Notes under the pieces: generated by a model
The model's input: the letters and a program-made list of their open reading frames with translations, nothing else
The model's database searches: none
Told to the model about the DNA's origin: nothing
Assembly (NCBI GenBank): GCA_965249725.1
Contig: CBDFMQ010000002.1
Coordinates: forward strand, 2,048,001 to 2,112,000
Direction: 5' to 3'
DNA: 64,000 nt
Source of the DNA: Longimicrobiales bacterium
GTDB taxonomy: Bacteria > Gemmatimonadota > Gemmatimonadetes > Longimicrobiales > Gaopeijiaceae
Shown here: positions 50,424 through 60,158 of the stretch, piece by piece
Position numbering within the stretch: the stretch's first letter is position 1
How the letters are laid out: every line of letters begins with the position of its first letter
Translations under genes and position numbers: made by a program

Positions 50424-52025
50424 ATGACGCGCACATCCGGTGGCCGGTGGTGGCCTGTCGTTTCCACCTTGTTGCTCGCCGGATGGGGCTGCTCCCCTGC
50501 GGGCGACGCCGTCCCGAGGGCCGGCACACCCGACCTACGCGCGGCCCTCTTCGACTCGATCATATCGCTCACGGCCGCCCGCGAGGCGTTCTCACCTCCC
50601 AAGGAGGAGCACTGGGGCTTCGATCCGCTCGAGTCCATGTCGGCGTTGCGAGATGAGTTGATAGCCGCGGACACGGAAGAAGCTCTCTTCTATGCACTCG
50701 AGAAGTTGAGCAACGCCCGGAACGACCGGCACCTTAGCGTGAGCCTGGTTCCCGGCGGGCTTCGGCTCGCACAGTCCGCGGGGGTGGATGGGGGAGAAGG
50801 GCCGGCACCTCACGCCCCGGTGCGCATCCTTCCCGACTACAGCGACCCCACGGTGTATTTCGTGGCTGATGTGTCGGAAAACGCGGAGCATTTCCCTGAA
50901 GGACAGGCCCAGCCCGGCGATCACGTGCTTTCCGTGAACGGGTTTCCGATGGCCCAGTACGAGGAACTGATGCGACCGTACCAAGCGTCCTCGTTCAGGC
51001 CCAACCTGCGGTGGCGGTTGGCCGAAGACATCAGCGCCCGAACCGCCATAGTGCCGCCTTCGTTCTACGGAGACGCTCTCCAGTTGGAGCTCGAGGGCCA
51101 GGACGGAACCGTGAGAGCGGTGACCCTCCCCTACCTACACCCCGATTCCATCCCGTGGGAGAACCTCGCGGAGCCACACTACCCGGGATTCGCGCTGGAG
51201 CACTCGACGCCGACGTATGACCTCTACCTGCCCGAGGATGGTTCCTCCGTCTTGGTCCTGACGTGGTACGGCTTTCGAGAGACGATGATCGCCGATGTCG
51301 ACGAACTCATGGAGTTGGCCGCGGCAGGAGACTGGCTCGACTACGACCTCATCATCGACGGCACGCGGAGCCGGGGAGGCTCGGCCGGCGCCTACGCGGT
51401 ACAGCGGTTCACGTCGAAGCCCTTCAAGACGACCTTCGGCAACCTCCGAGTCAGTGACGTCGTACCGATCTTCACCGAGCAGAAGCGGGCCGAGATCGCC
51501 GAGGGAGGATCGTTGGACTCGGGTGTGCAGGAGGCCATGGATGACGGGTCCTGGCTCATGGAGTGGCTCGACACCGACGTGGCCGATTCAGTGGCATCCG
51601 GGGCGATGTATACGAGCAACGTGCCGTTCAAGCTGGCCCACGCCTCCAAGGACTCGGACGGGGTGCTGCAGCCGGCACCTGTCCACTTCCGGGGTCGAAT
51701 GGTGGCCTTCTTCGTCCCACGAAGGGGATCTCACCTGGACCAGTTCGCCTCGATCATCAAGGACAACGCGCTCGGACACATTATCGGGATGACCCCCGGC
51801 GGCTACAGCAACACCTGGGAGTGGGAAGAGGTGCTGTACTTTCCCGGAACGGATCAGCCGGTCGCTCAGTTCATGTGGGACATCGGCCACACCATCCGCC
51901 CGAACGGCGAGATCCAGGAGGGCAACCCGGCCCAGCCCGACGAACTCGTTCAGCTCACGAGAGAGAACTTCCGAACGTTCTACCCCGAGTTGGTGCGACG
52001 CGCGGTGAGGCACCTGGGTGGCTGA
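50424..52025 (+). CDS. Divergent S41-like peptidase lipoprotein with PDZ-like insert
   Basis: GAGGAG RBS, GWGC lipobox, DRHL, PGDHVLSVNG (PDZ), IIDGTRSRGG, GSHLDQF, IIGMTPGG. Confidence 0.6.
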   Translation: MTRTSGGRWWPVVSTLLLAGWGCSPAGDAVPRAGTPDLRAALFDSIISLTAAREAFSPPKEEHWGFDPLESMSALRDELIAADTEEALFYALEKLSNARNDRHLSVSLVPGGLRLAQSAGVDGGEGPAPHAPVRILPDYSDPTVYFVADVSENAEHFPEGQAQPGDHVLSVNGFPMAQYEELMRPYQASSFRPNLRWRLAEDISARTAIVPPSFYGDALQLELEGQDGTVRAVTLPYLHPDSIPWENLAEPHYPGFALEHSTPTYDLYLPEDGSSVLVLTWYGFRETMIADVDELMELAAAGDWLDYDLIIDGTRSRGGSAGAYAVQRFTSKPFKTTFGNLRVSDVVPIFTEQKRAEIAEGGSLDSGVQEAMDDGSWLMEWLDTDVADSVASGAMYTSNVPFKLAHASKDSDGVLQPAPVHFRGRMVAFFVPRRGSHLDQFASIIKDNALGHIIGMTPGGYSNTWEWEEVLYFPGTDQPVAQFMWDIGHTIRPNGEIQEGNPAQPDELVQLTRENFRTFYPELVRRAVRHLGG

Positions 52026-53310
52026 GGCTCCTCTGGAGGACGGGACGGACCAAGTGCCCGAGAGCCCCCGGGCAGACGTCGACACTCGCCGTACCGTGTG
52101 GAGCCGATATCGTGAGCTCTCGCTGGGATCGAAGATCCTGCTCTACATGGTGTTGGGTGGCATTGTCGGGATGGTGCTCGGGGAGCGCGCCACCGTGGTT
52201 CAGCCCCTGGGGGACCTGTTCATCCGGCTGTTGGTCATGGCAGCCATCCCGCTGGTCTTCTTCAACCTCCTCGCCGGACTCACGAGCCTGGTCGACCTCA
52301 AGACCCTGGGCCGGTTGGCAGGCAAGATCCTGTCGTACTACGTGCTGACAACGACCCTCGCTCTCGTCTTCGGCCTCACCTCCATGCACCTGCTGAAGCC
52401 CGGATTGGGCATGACGCTTACCGAGGACGCCAGTCCCTCCGTGGGAGACGTGCCTTCCGTGGTCGACGTGATTCTGGACCTCTTTCCCGAGAACGCGTTC
52501 GAGGCGTTCACCAGCGGAAAGGTCTCACAGATCGTGGTCTTTGCGCTGTTCCTGGGAATCGCCACGGTGCTCCTTCCCGAGGATCGGAGGGCCCCCCTGC
52601 GCTCCGGCTTCGGACTCGTGGCCGAGCTTCTCCGAAAGTTGGTCGACGTGATCATGTGGTTCGGGCCCGTAGGCATCGGCGCCCTGGCCGCGGCGACCCT
52701 GGGCCAATACGGATCGCAGATCTTCGGACCGCTCGCGCTCTTCATCGGAGGCATGTGGCTGGCCCAGGCGGCCATGGTCGTGGTGTACCTGACGCTCCTC
52801 GCCGTGCTCACGCCCTACTCCCCCGTGAACTTCCTGAAACAGACCGGGACCCTCTGGGCCACCACCATCGCGACGTGCAGCAGCCTGGCGAGTCTGGCCG
52901 TGGCCTTCGAGGTGGCCGAGGATCGGCTAAAGCTCCCCCAACGCATCTACTCGTTCACGCTGCCGCTGGGGGCCCAACTCAACAAGGACGGCACGTCCAT
53001 CATGCTGGCGGGGGTCCTGCTGTTCACGGCCCAAGCGGCCGGAGTCGACTTCACACTGGCATCTCAGATCAGCATCATCCTGATCGGGCTGGTGCTGTCC
53101 GAGGGCTCCGGCGGGATCCCGGGCGGTGGTCTGGTGATCGCCCTCATCTTCGTACAGGCGTTCAGCTTGCCCCTGGAGATCGCCGCGATCGTCGCGGGTA
53201 TCTACCGGCTCATCGATATGGGAAGCACGACCATCAATGTCATGGGAGACATGGTGGGCACAGCAATCGTATCTCACTCAGAACGGCATAGCACAGAGGC
53301 TGCGGCATGA
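52018..53310 (+). CDS. Dicarboxylate/amino acid:cation symporter (DAACS/SLC1)
   Basis: LGDLFIRLL, TCSSLAS (HP1), PLGAQLNKDGT, GGIPGGG (HP2), DMGSTTINVMGD. Confidence 0.92.
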   Translation: MAEAPLEDGTDQVPESPRADVDTRRTVWSRYRELSLGSKILLYMVLGGIVGMVLGERATVVQPLGDLFIRLLVMAAIPLVFFNLLAGLTSLVDLKTLGRLAGKILSYYVLTTTLALVFGLTSMHLLKPGLGMTLTEDASPSVGDVPSVVDVILDLFPENAFEAFTSGKVSQIVVFALFLGIATVLLPEDRRAPLRSGFGLVAELLRKLVDVIMWFGPVGIGALAAATLGQYGSQIFGPLALFIGGMWLAQAAMVVVYLTLLAVLTPYSPVNFLKQTGTLWATTIATCSSLASLAVAFEVAEDRLKLPQRIYSFTLPLGAQLNKDGTSIMLAGVLLFTAQAAGVDFTLASQISIILIGLVLSEGSGGIPGGGLVIALIFVQAFSLPLEIAAIVAGIYRLIDMGSTTINVMGDMVGTAIVSHSERHSTEAAA

Positions 53311-54494
53311 CCAGTGACATCTTCGCCGACTTTCGGTCGAATTTCCCCGGGACCAAGGAAGGGGTCTTCACCAACGTGGCCCAAAGAGGGCTCATGCCGA
53401 TTCAGGTGAGGGATGCCATCACCTCGTACCTGGAGCGCCGGACCGGCCTGGGTTGGAGCAAGAAGGAGTCGTTCGATCTCGCGGAAGGAACCCGCACGAC
53501 CTTCGCGAAGTTCGTGAACGCCCAGCCCGACGAGATCGCGTTCATCAAGAACGTCTCAGAAGGGATGAACCACATCGCGGCCGGAATCCAGTGGCAGGCC
53601 GGCGACAACATGGTCATCTGTCCTGCAATCGAGCATCCCGCCAACGTGAACCCATGGTACAACGTGGCCCGTCGTTGCGGCGTCGAGGTGCGCACGGTGG
53701 ATGCCGACGACGGCTGGCTCGCCCTCGACACGTTCATGGCTCGTGTCGACGACCGCACGAGACTGGTGTCCGTCTCGACGGTCACCTTCTCCCCCGGTTT
53801 CGTCACGGATGTCACCGCGCTCTCGGACGCGTGCCGGGACCGGGGCGTTCGGGTGGTGGTCGACGCCGCGCAGTCGATCGGGATTCTCCACACCGATGTC
53901 GAGCAGCTCGGCATCGACGCCTTCGCCGTGGCGACCCAAAAGGGCCTGCTCTCGTGCTATGGGATGGGCTTTCTCTACTGCCGGAAGGACTACGCAGAGG
54001 AGATGCACCCCGCCGCGCTTGCCCGCTTCTCGGTGACCCTGGAGGAGGGCGCACACGAAACGGCACTGACCGGCGAGGACTTCACCCTGGCTCCCGGTGC
54101 CCGGCGCTTCGACGGAGGCAACTACAACTATCTGGGGATCACCGCTGTACGCGCGGCTCTGGGGCTCTTGAACCAACTCGGGACACCCGCGATCGACGCT
54201 TACGTGCGCCGTTTGGCCGCCCGCATGGCCGAGGGGTTCCTGGAGCTGGGCTTACCAGTCTGCGGAGGGGCGCCCGGGCCGCATCTCGGCAACATCGTGG
54301 CGTTGGGCAAAAGCGGCGGGGGACGCCACTACACGGCCGACGACCCAGCGATGAACACGCTCAACGACCTGCTGACCCGCGAGGGCGTCCATCTCTCCAT
54401 CCGGAATGGCGTCCTTCGATTCTCGCTCCACGCGTACAACAACGAAGACGACGTGGATCGGATCCTTGAGATCGCGAGAGAAGTCCCCGGCTAA
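53307..54494 (+). CDS. Class V PLP-dependent enzyme (cystine C-S lyase/desulfurase-like)
   Basis: KNVSEG, EHPAN, VDAAQSIG, TQKGLL (PLP Lys), LRFSLHAYN; ATGA overlap with the transporter. Confidence 0.88.
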   Translation: MTSDIFADFRSNFPGTKEGVFTNVAQRGLMPIQVRDAITSYLERRTGLGWSKKESFDLAEGTRTTFAKFVNAQPDEIAFIKNVSEGMNHIAAGIQWQAGDNMVICPAIEHPANVNPWYNVARRCGVEVRTVDADDGWLALDTFMARVDDRTRLVSVSTVTFSPGFVTDVTALSDACRDRGVRVVVDAAQSIGILHTDVEQLGIDAFAVATQKGLLSCYGMGFLYCRKDYAEEMHPAALARFSVTLEEGAHETALTGEDFTLAPGARRFDGGNYNYLGITAVRAALGLLNQLGTPAIDAYVRRLAARMAEGFLELGLPVCGGAPGPHLGNIVALGKSGGGRHYTADDPAMNTLNDLLTREGVHLSIRNGVLRFSLHAYNNEDDVDRILEIAREVPG

Positions 54495-54530
54495 CCCGGG
54501 TTGGGGCTAGCCGGGGGTAGCTTCCTCGAC

Positions 54531-55850
54531 CTAGCTGGCGTTCTGGATTTCCTGTGCGACCGCTTGGACCTCGTCCAGCACCCGCAGGAGGTTACCGCTC
54601 CAGAGCATGCCGATCTGCTCCTCGCTGTATCCCCTCTCCACCAACTCCAGCGTGACGTTGAACGTCTCCGCGGCGGAATTCCAGCCGGCGACGCCACCAC
54701 CACCGTCGAAGTCGGAGCTGATGCCGACATGCTCGAGACCGATCAGGTCGACCAGATAGTCGATATGGTCGACGAAGTCGACTACGTCCACCGGAGGCGC
54801 GACGGCCATAACCTCTGCCTCCATCCTGGGCGCGGCCTTCTCGCGGACTTCGTCCATCTTCGCGTCGTATGCAGCCCGGTCCTCCGTGCTCAGATCACGG
54901 ACGGTCCGGCGATCGAGCATCTCGAATCCCATCTCCGCGGCGATCTCGCCATCGAGTGCGCCCTGGGCCTCCTGGTTGGCCGTGTTCTTCACCGGGTCCA
55001 CATAGCTGCGGAAGGCCACCGTCTGCACTACGCCACCGTTTTCCTTCAGGGCGAGAAGCTGCTCGTCGTCCAGGTTACGGCTGACGTCACCGAGAGCCCG
55101 AGCGGCCGAGTGCGAGGCCATGATGGGAGCCTGGGACAGCTCGAGCATCTCCATGATCGCCGGCTTGGACGGGTGGGAGATGTCGATCATGATGCCCACC
55201 TTGTTCATCTCGGCTACGGCCTGGCGACCGAGATCACTCAGTCCGTTGTGCAGCCACACGCCGTCCCTCTCGCCCGTATTGGAGTCGGAGAACTGGCTGT
55301 GGCCGTTGTGGGCCAGCGACATGTAGCGGCCACCCAACTCCTCGAACTTCCGGATGTTGTCGAGATCGAGCCCCACCTGATACGCGTTCTCGATGGCGAT
55401 CATCGCGACCTTCTTACCCGACGCGACGATTCGGCGAACGTCGTCCGACGTGTAGGCGATTTCGATGCGATCGGGAGCCTTCTCTTCGGCGAGCCAGTGG
55501 ATGGCGTTGAACTTGGCCATCGCATCTTCGGTGGCTTGCGCGAAGCCCTCGTCGGTATGCGGGCCCTGGCCCACAAACACCACCATCCACGACACGTCCA
55601 GTCCGCCGGCCTCCATCTTCGGAAGGTTGACCTGATTGGGCAGGTCCATGGTGTAGTTCCGCTCTTCCGTGAAGTTGGCGGGGCTGATGTCGTTGTGGGT
55701 GTCGAGCGTGATGACGCGCTCGTGAATGCCCATGGCCCGTGCGACCAAGTCGTCCTCTGACTCCTGGCCCGAGTCGGCTCCGCCACAGGATACCAGCCCA
55801 AGCATCGAGAAGAGGAGCGCCAGTCTGGGGAGGTGTCTAGCAGTATTCAT
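54531..55850 (-). CDS. Membrane dipeptidase (peptidase M19) lipoprotein
   Basis: LVSC lipobox, DTHND, IDISH, ASHS, HVGISSDFDGG. Confidence 0.92.
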   Translation of the reverse strand: MNTARHLPRLALLFSMLGLVSCGGADSGQESEDDLVARAMGIHERVITLDTHNDISPANFTEERNYTMDLPNQVNLPKMEAGGLDVSWMVVFVGQGPHTDEGFAQATEDAMAKFNAIHWLAEEKAPDRIEIAYTSDDVRRIVASGKKVAMIAIENAYQVGLDLDNIRKFEELGGRYMSLAHNGHSQFSDSNTGERDGVWLHNGLSDLGRQAVAEMNKVGIMIDISHPSKPAIMEMLELSQAPIMASHSAARALGDVSRNLDDEQLLALKENGGVVQTVAFRSYVDPVKNTANQEAQGALDGEIAAEMGFEMLDRRTVRDLSTEDRAAYDAKMDEVREKAAPRMEAEVMAVAPPVDVVDFVDHIDYLVDLIGLEHVGISSDFDGGGGVAGWNSAAETFNVTLELVERGYSEEQIGMLWSGNLLRVLDEVQAVAQEIQNAS

Positions 55851-55986
55851 GATGGTCCCTGCTCGGATAAATGGTGCAGTGGACGACTCCCTTCACCGGC
55901 GATAATCGCTGCGGCGAGGAGTACGCCCGGAGTTCGTGCGTTGAAGATGGATTGTACAAGCCGAGCACCCCACGGGCCACTGCACG

Positions 55987-58689
55987 CTAGTCTGCCCTCA
56001 AGGACCGGATGGGATCGGCCCTCGTAGCCTGAAGCGCGGGGGCCAGTGTCGCGAAAAGGGCCACCATGGCGAGTCCTCCTGCCACCATCGCGAGGTTGGC
56101 GAGGCTCCGGGGAGCCACACCGTAGAGCAGGCTGGTCAGCACCCCGGACATCGCCAAGGCTAGCCCCGTCCCGATGACCATGCCCCATATGGTCAGGCGT
56201 AGGCTTCCCCCGAGTACATTGGCGACCACCGAGCTCTTGTCGGCACCTAACGCGAGCCGAATCCCCATCTCATGGCGCCGCTGCCCGACCCGGAATGTCA
56301 TCACACCGTACAGCCCCGCGGCCGCCAGAACGAGTGCGATAAGGCCCAAGGCCAACGCCATCTCGGCTCCCATCCTGAACAGGAAGAGCGCGCTGTACGC
56401 ATGAACGTCAGCCGTCTTCACGTCAAAGAGGGGCAGAGCCGGGTGCAGGTCCTTGAGGATGCCGCGGATGGGGGCCACGAGGCTCGCAGGATCCACGCTC
56501 GCATGCACGGTCAACACGGCCCGTGACCCCGGGGCCTGCTCGAACGGCCTGAACAACGCTGGTGTGGTGGCCTCCATGACGGCCCGATACCGGCCGGTTT
56601 CGACGATGCCGACCACCTCGTACGTATCCGCCCCCGCATCCCGGTCGAACCGGATCCGTCGACCTATGGGATCTTCGTTCGGCCAGAGCCGCGCCACCGC
56701 CGCAGCGTTGAGCAAGACGGTTGCCGGGCCATCGGCACGGTCCTCGAGTCCGAACGGACGACCTGCGATGAGTCGGGTGCCAAAGACCTCGAGGTAGTCA
56801 TCGGTGATGGATGAGCTCCAGGTGTTGAGTCCTCGCTCCTCTGGGGCGTATGCCCGATCGTCGGCGTAGATCCGGGTGGACGAGGACCAATCTCCCAAAG
56901 GGAGGCCTGTAGAGACCGTCGCACCGATCGCTCCCGGTAGAGCGGTGACCTGATCGATGAACTCTCTATAGAAGGTGACCGCGTCCAGGGACTCGTCGCC
57001 GGCCAATGACAAATCGAGCGTCGCCATGATGCGTGCTTCGGTCTGGAAGCCCACCTCCATCTCCCGCACGTTGCCGAGACTCTGCGTGAACAGGCCGGTG
57101 AGGAACAACGTGACGAACGAAAGAGCCACCATGCCGACCACGACGGCATTCAGCAGCTTCGTGCCCCCGAAGCGGAGACCTCCCGAGGAACTCTCGTCGC
57201 CACGCAAGACTCCCGCCACCCCGGGCTTGGAAGCCTGAAGGGCGGGCGCCAGTCCAAAGACGAACGTGGCCATGAGAGATGCCCCGACCGTGAAGAGCAC
57301 CGCTCGCATGTCCGGAGCGGTCTGAATCACGAACCGGTACGGAAGGGACGGGAGGAATCGATCGAACAGGCCGGTGGTCCACATGGCGAGCGCGAGCCCG
57401 AGGGAGCCTCCGATGACGGCTAGCAGCGTGCTCTCCGTAAGGAGCTGCCGCAAAAGTCTGCCCCTTCCCGCACCCAGCGCGACACGCAACCCGATTTCAC
57501 GCCGTCGGACCACCGCACGGCTCAGGAGCAGGCTCGCGACGTTTCCGCAAGCGACCAGCAGCACCAGCCCGGAGGCCGCAATGGCGAGCAGTCCGATGAG
57601 GTTGGGAATCTGCGGGGCGTCAGCGGCGACGGAACTCAGCCTCTCGGGCTGAGCTCGAAAGGTGAGACCGGCGTTGGTCTCCGGATACCGCTCCGCAATC
57701 CTCTGCCCAATCACCTCGAGTCCGGCGTTCGCATCCGTCATGTCCGAGCCGGGAGCCAACCGGGCCACGGCGCGCATGTTGTGGCTACCCCTTCGCTCTT
57801 CCCAGTCGCCCCAGACCTCTGCGGCCCGCCAAGAGCGGAGGGGCACCCAAAGGTCCAGTCCCAGGCCCCACTTGGTGCCCTCGAACCCTTCAGGAGCGAC
57901 ACCGATCACGGTCACGTCGCGGCCGTTGAGCTTGAGCACGCTACCGACCACGCTCCGGTCGGAACCGAACGATTCCCGCCAGAGATGATGGCTCAAGACG
58001 GTGACCAGGGGTGACTCCGGTAGACCCTCGGTCGGAGCGTCGAAGAACCTGCCAAAGGCGGGCTCGATCCGTAGAACCTCGAAGTAGTTGGCCGAGACCA
58101 CCTCACCGTAGCCGATCTGGCTGACCTGGTCGGATGTGATCCCGAAGGTGCGCAGAGTGTGAGCGAAGACTCCCTCGAAGAAGTCACCCTCTGCCTCTAC
58201 GTCGGCGAGATTCGGATAGGAGAAGTTGCCGGAACCATCCCGCACTTCGAACAACCGCACCAGACGATCCGCCTCTGGGACCGGCAAGTCCTGCCAGAGC
58301 ATGCCACTCGCAAGGCTGAACATGCTGGTGTTCGCCCCAACGCCTATTGCGAGCGATAGCACGGCGAGCAGTGTGAATCCGGGACTCCTCAGAAGGCCCC
58401 GCACCGAATAGCGTATATCCTGCAGCACGGTCTCCATCGATACCCGTCCCATCGTCGTCGCCCTTGCCCTTCGGTCGTCAGCCCGTGCCCGCCAGGCGCT
58501 TACCGGAAGCTCCGTATAGGTGCGAAGCGCCACCCCCATCGAACCCAGGAGTCCCCCGCGCCGATAGGCTGCCAGACACAGGTCCCTAAAACACTCCTCC
58601 ATGTCCGCCGCGACATCGAAACGGGTCCCGGCCGGATACAGCCCGAGGAGCACGCGGTAGATCCTGACCAGCAGATCGATCGTTCGCAC
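55987..58689 (-). CDS. ADOP-type duplicated MacB/FtsX ABC permease
   Basis: LAIGVGANTSMFS, LLVACGNVASLLL, EIGLRVALGA, EMGIRLALGA. Confidence 0.92.
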   Translation of the reverse strand: MRTIDLLVRIYRVLLGLYPAGTRFDVAADMEECFRDLCLAAYRRGGLLGSMGVALRTYTELPVSAWRARADDRRARATTMGRVSMETVLQDIRYSVRGLLRSPGFTLLAVLSLAIGVGANTSMFSLASGMLWQDLPVPEADRLVRLFEVRDGSGNFSYPNLADVEAEGDFFEGVFAHTLRTFGITSDQVSQIGYGEVVSANYFEVLRIEPAFGRFFDAPTEGLPESPLVTVLSHHLWRESFGSDRSVVGSVLKLNGRDVTVIGVAPEGFEGTKWGLGLDLWVPLRSWRAAEVWGDWEERRGSHNMRAVARLAPGSDMTDANAGLEVIGQRIAERYPETNAGLTFRAQPERLSSVAADAPQIPNLIGLLAIAASGLVLLVACGNVASLLLSRAVVRRREIGLRVALGAGRGRLLRQLLTESTLLAVIGGSLGLALAMWTTGLFDRFLPSLPYRFVIQTAPDMRAVLFTVGASLMATFVFGLAPALQASKPGVAGVLRGDESSSGGLRFGGTKLLNAVVVGMVALSFVTLFLTGLFTQSLGNVREMEVGFQTEARIMATLDLSLAGDESLDAVTFYREFIDQVTALPGAIGATVSTGLPLGDWSSSTRIYADDRAYAPEERGLNTWSSSITDDYLEVFGTRLIAGRPFGLEDRADGPATVLLNAAAVARLWPNEDPIGRRIRFDRDAGADTYEVVGIVETGRYRAVMEATTPALFRPFEQAPGSRAVLTVHASVDPASLVAPIRGILKDLHPALPLFDVKTADVHAYSALFLFRMGAEMALALGLIALVLAAAGLYGVMTFRVGQRRHEMGIRLALGADKSSVVANVLGGSLRLTIWGMVIGTGLALAMSGVLTSLLYGVAPRSLANLAMVAGGLAMVALFATLAPALQATRADPIRSLRAD

Positions 58690-59045
58690 TAGATGAGTTC
58701 CATAGCTTCCGCCATGCCCACCAGCCCGCGCAGCCGCTCGGCTTCAGCCGTGACCACGCACCGTCCCAACGCGGTGATCGCATAGTACCTTCGCCGCTGA
58801 TCGTCCAGATCAGGCGCGGGACGCCGATCCGTCTCGTCCAGCAGTCCCTTCGAACGGAGCCGTTGGAGAACTGCGTAGAGGTTGCCTGGAACCAGCCGAA
58901 TCCGGCTCTCCGTACGTTCGGCGATTTCGGCAACGATGCCATATCCGTGCAGCTCACGGCCGGCCAGGGTCAGGAGTACCATGAAGTCCACCGGCTTCAG
59001 CGGAATCAGATCCTCGACGTCGTGGGATTCGATCTCTCTTGTCAT
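58689..59045 (-). CDS. PadR-family transcriptional regulator
   Basis: ELHGYGIV, GNLYAVLQRL, RRRYYAITALG; abuts the permease start. Confidence 0.9.
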   Translation of the reverse strand: MTREIESHDVEDLIPLKPVDFMVLLTLAGRELHGYGIVAEIAERTESRIRLVPGNLYAVLQRLRSKGLLDETDRRPAPDLDDQRRRYYAITALGRCVVTAEAERLRGLVGMAEAMELI

Positions 59046-59122
59046 GGCGGCCGTTCCTGGAGTGAGTCCGTTCGCTTCCACTGTACGGAGATCCAGTATA
59101 CTTAGTTTCAGCATACTCGAAT

Positions 59123-59722
59123 TCAGATCTCGAGTACCGCACCCTCCGGACCGACATTGTGGATCTCCGTCAATCCCAGGAACGAGCGCTGACCCCAGCA
59201 CCCATGGATATGGCCGCACACGACCAGGCTTGGCTCCGCACGCTCAATCGCCTCGAGGACGGCACGGCTCCCCAGATGCGCTCCTCCTCCGGCCTCGTCG
59301 ACGTGCCCGTACGGAGGCGAGTGGCTCACCAGGACGGCGTGCGAAGGGCAAGCCTCGAGCATCTCATGCGCTTCTTGCTCACTGAGGTCGAAGCTCCAAG
59401 AGCCGAAGGGGGTGGCGGGGATACCGGCACCGATGCCGAAGAAGTCGACACCGTCGATGCTCACGCCGCCGCCGTGCAGCACGTGGCCCGCCTCCCACCC
59501 GCGGCAAACCTCCCGCAGCTCCGCGTCGGACTCGCCGTTTCCGGGCACGAGCACCGTGGGACGCGCGATCTCCCGTAGGATATCCATCACGTCCTCGATG
59601 CCTCCGCGCTTGACCGCGAAGTCCCCCGCCCCGATGACCACGTCCACACTATCCGAGCGCTCCACGATGGACCGGGCCGCCGCCTGGTCGCGGTGCAAAT
59701 CACTGAAAGCCAGAAGCCTCAT
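59123..59722 (-). CDS. Calcineurin-like metallophosphoesterase
   Basis: SDLH, AGD, PGN(GE), SHSPP, GHIH. Confidence 0.9.
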   Translation of the reverse strand: MRLLAFSDLHRDQAAARSIVERSDSVDVVIGAGDFAVKRGGIEDVMDILREIARPTVLVPGNGESDAELREVCRGWEAGHVLHGGGVSIDGVDFFGIGAGIPATPFGSWSFDLSEQEAHEMLEACPSHAVLVSHSPPYGHVDEAGGGAHLGSRAVLEAIERAEPSLVVCGHIHGCWGQRSFLGLTEIHNVGPEGAVLEI

Positions 59723-59813
59723 GGCTTCAACCTCTTCTCGATTCGGTCCGGGAGCGGGGCGTCCCTAAGTGTCGCCAATGATCCTTCCCGAATCCAGCGG
59801 TGCCGAGGGACCG

Positions 59814-60023
59814 TCAGAGCGAGAGCGGGGATCTACCAACCTGCCATCGCCTCCAAATCAGATAGACGGCAGGGATGACCACGAGGGTGAGAACGGTCGT
59901 ACTGATCATCCCCCCCACCATTGGGGCCGCGATGCGCTTCATCACGTCCGATCCAGCACCGTGTCCCCAGAGGATGGGCATGAGGCCCACCGTGATAGCC
60001 GTAACCGTCATGACGACGGGACG
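59814..60023 (-). pseudogene. cusA: 3' remnant of a CusA/CzcA heavy-metal RND permease
   Basis: RPVVMT...[42 protein letters not shown], the last two TMs of CusA; similarity stops near 60023. Confidence 0.85.
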
Positions 60024-60048
60024 TTGATAGGAATCGGACCGAAGATGC

Positions 60049-60080
60049 TTGACCTTGGAGTGTACTCCAGGCTTTAGTTT
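60049..60080 (+). promoter_or_regulatory. MerR-type (ZntR-like) promoter/operator
   Basis: -35 TTGACC, 20-bp spacer, -10 TAGTTT; dyad TGGAGT-GT-ACTCCA in the spacer. Confidence 0.85.
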
Positions 60081-60158
60081 ACGCTTATGGTCGAGCGAAG
60101 ACTCGGCCGGGGCGTATCGTTCGGACGTCCCCAACGCGGCGCAGCAAGGAGGAATCCG

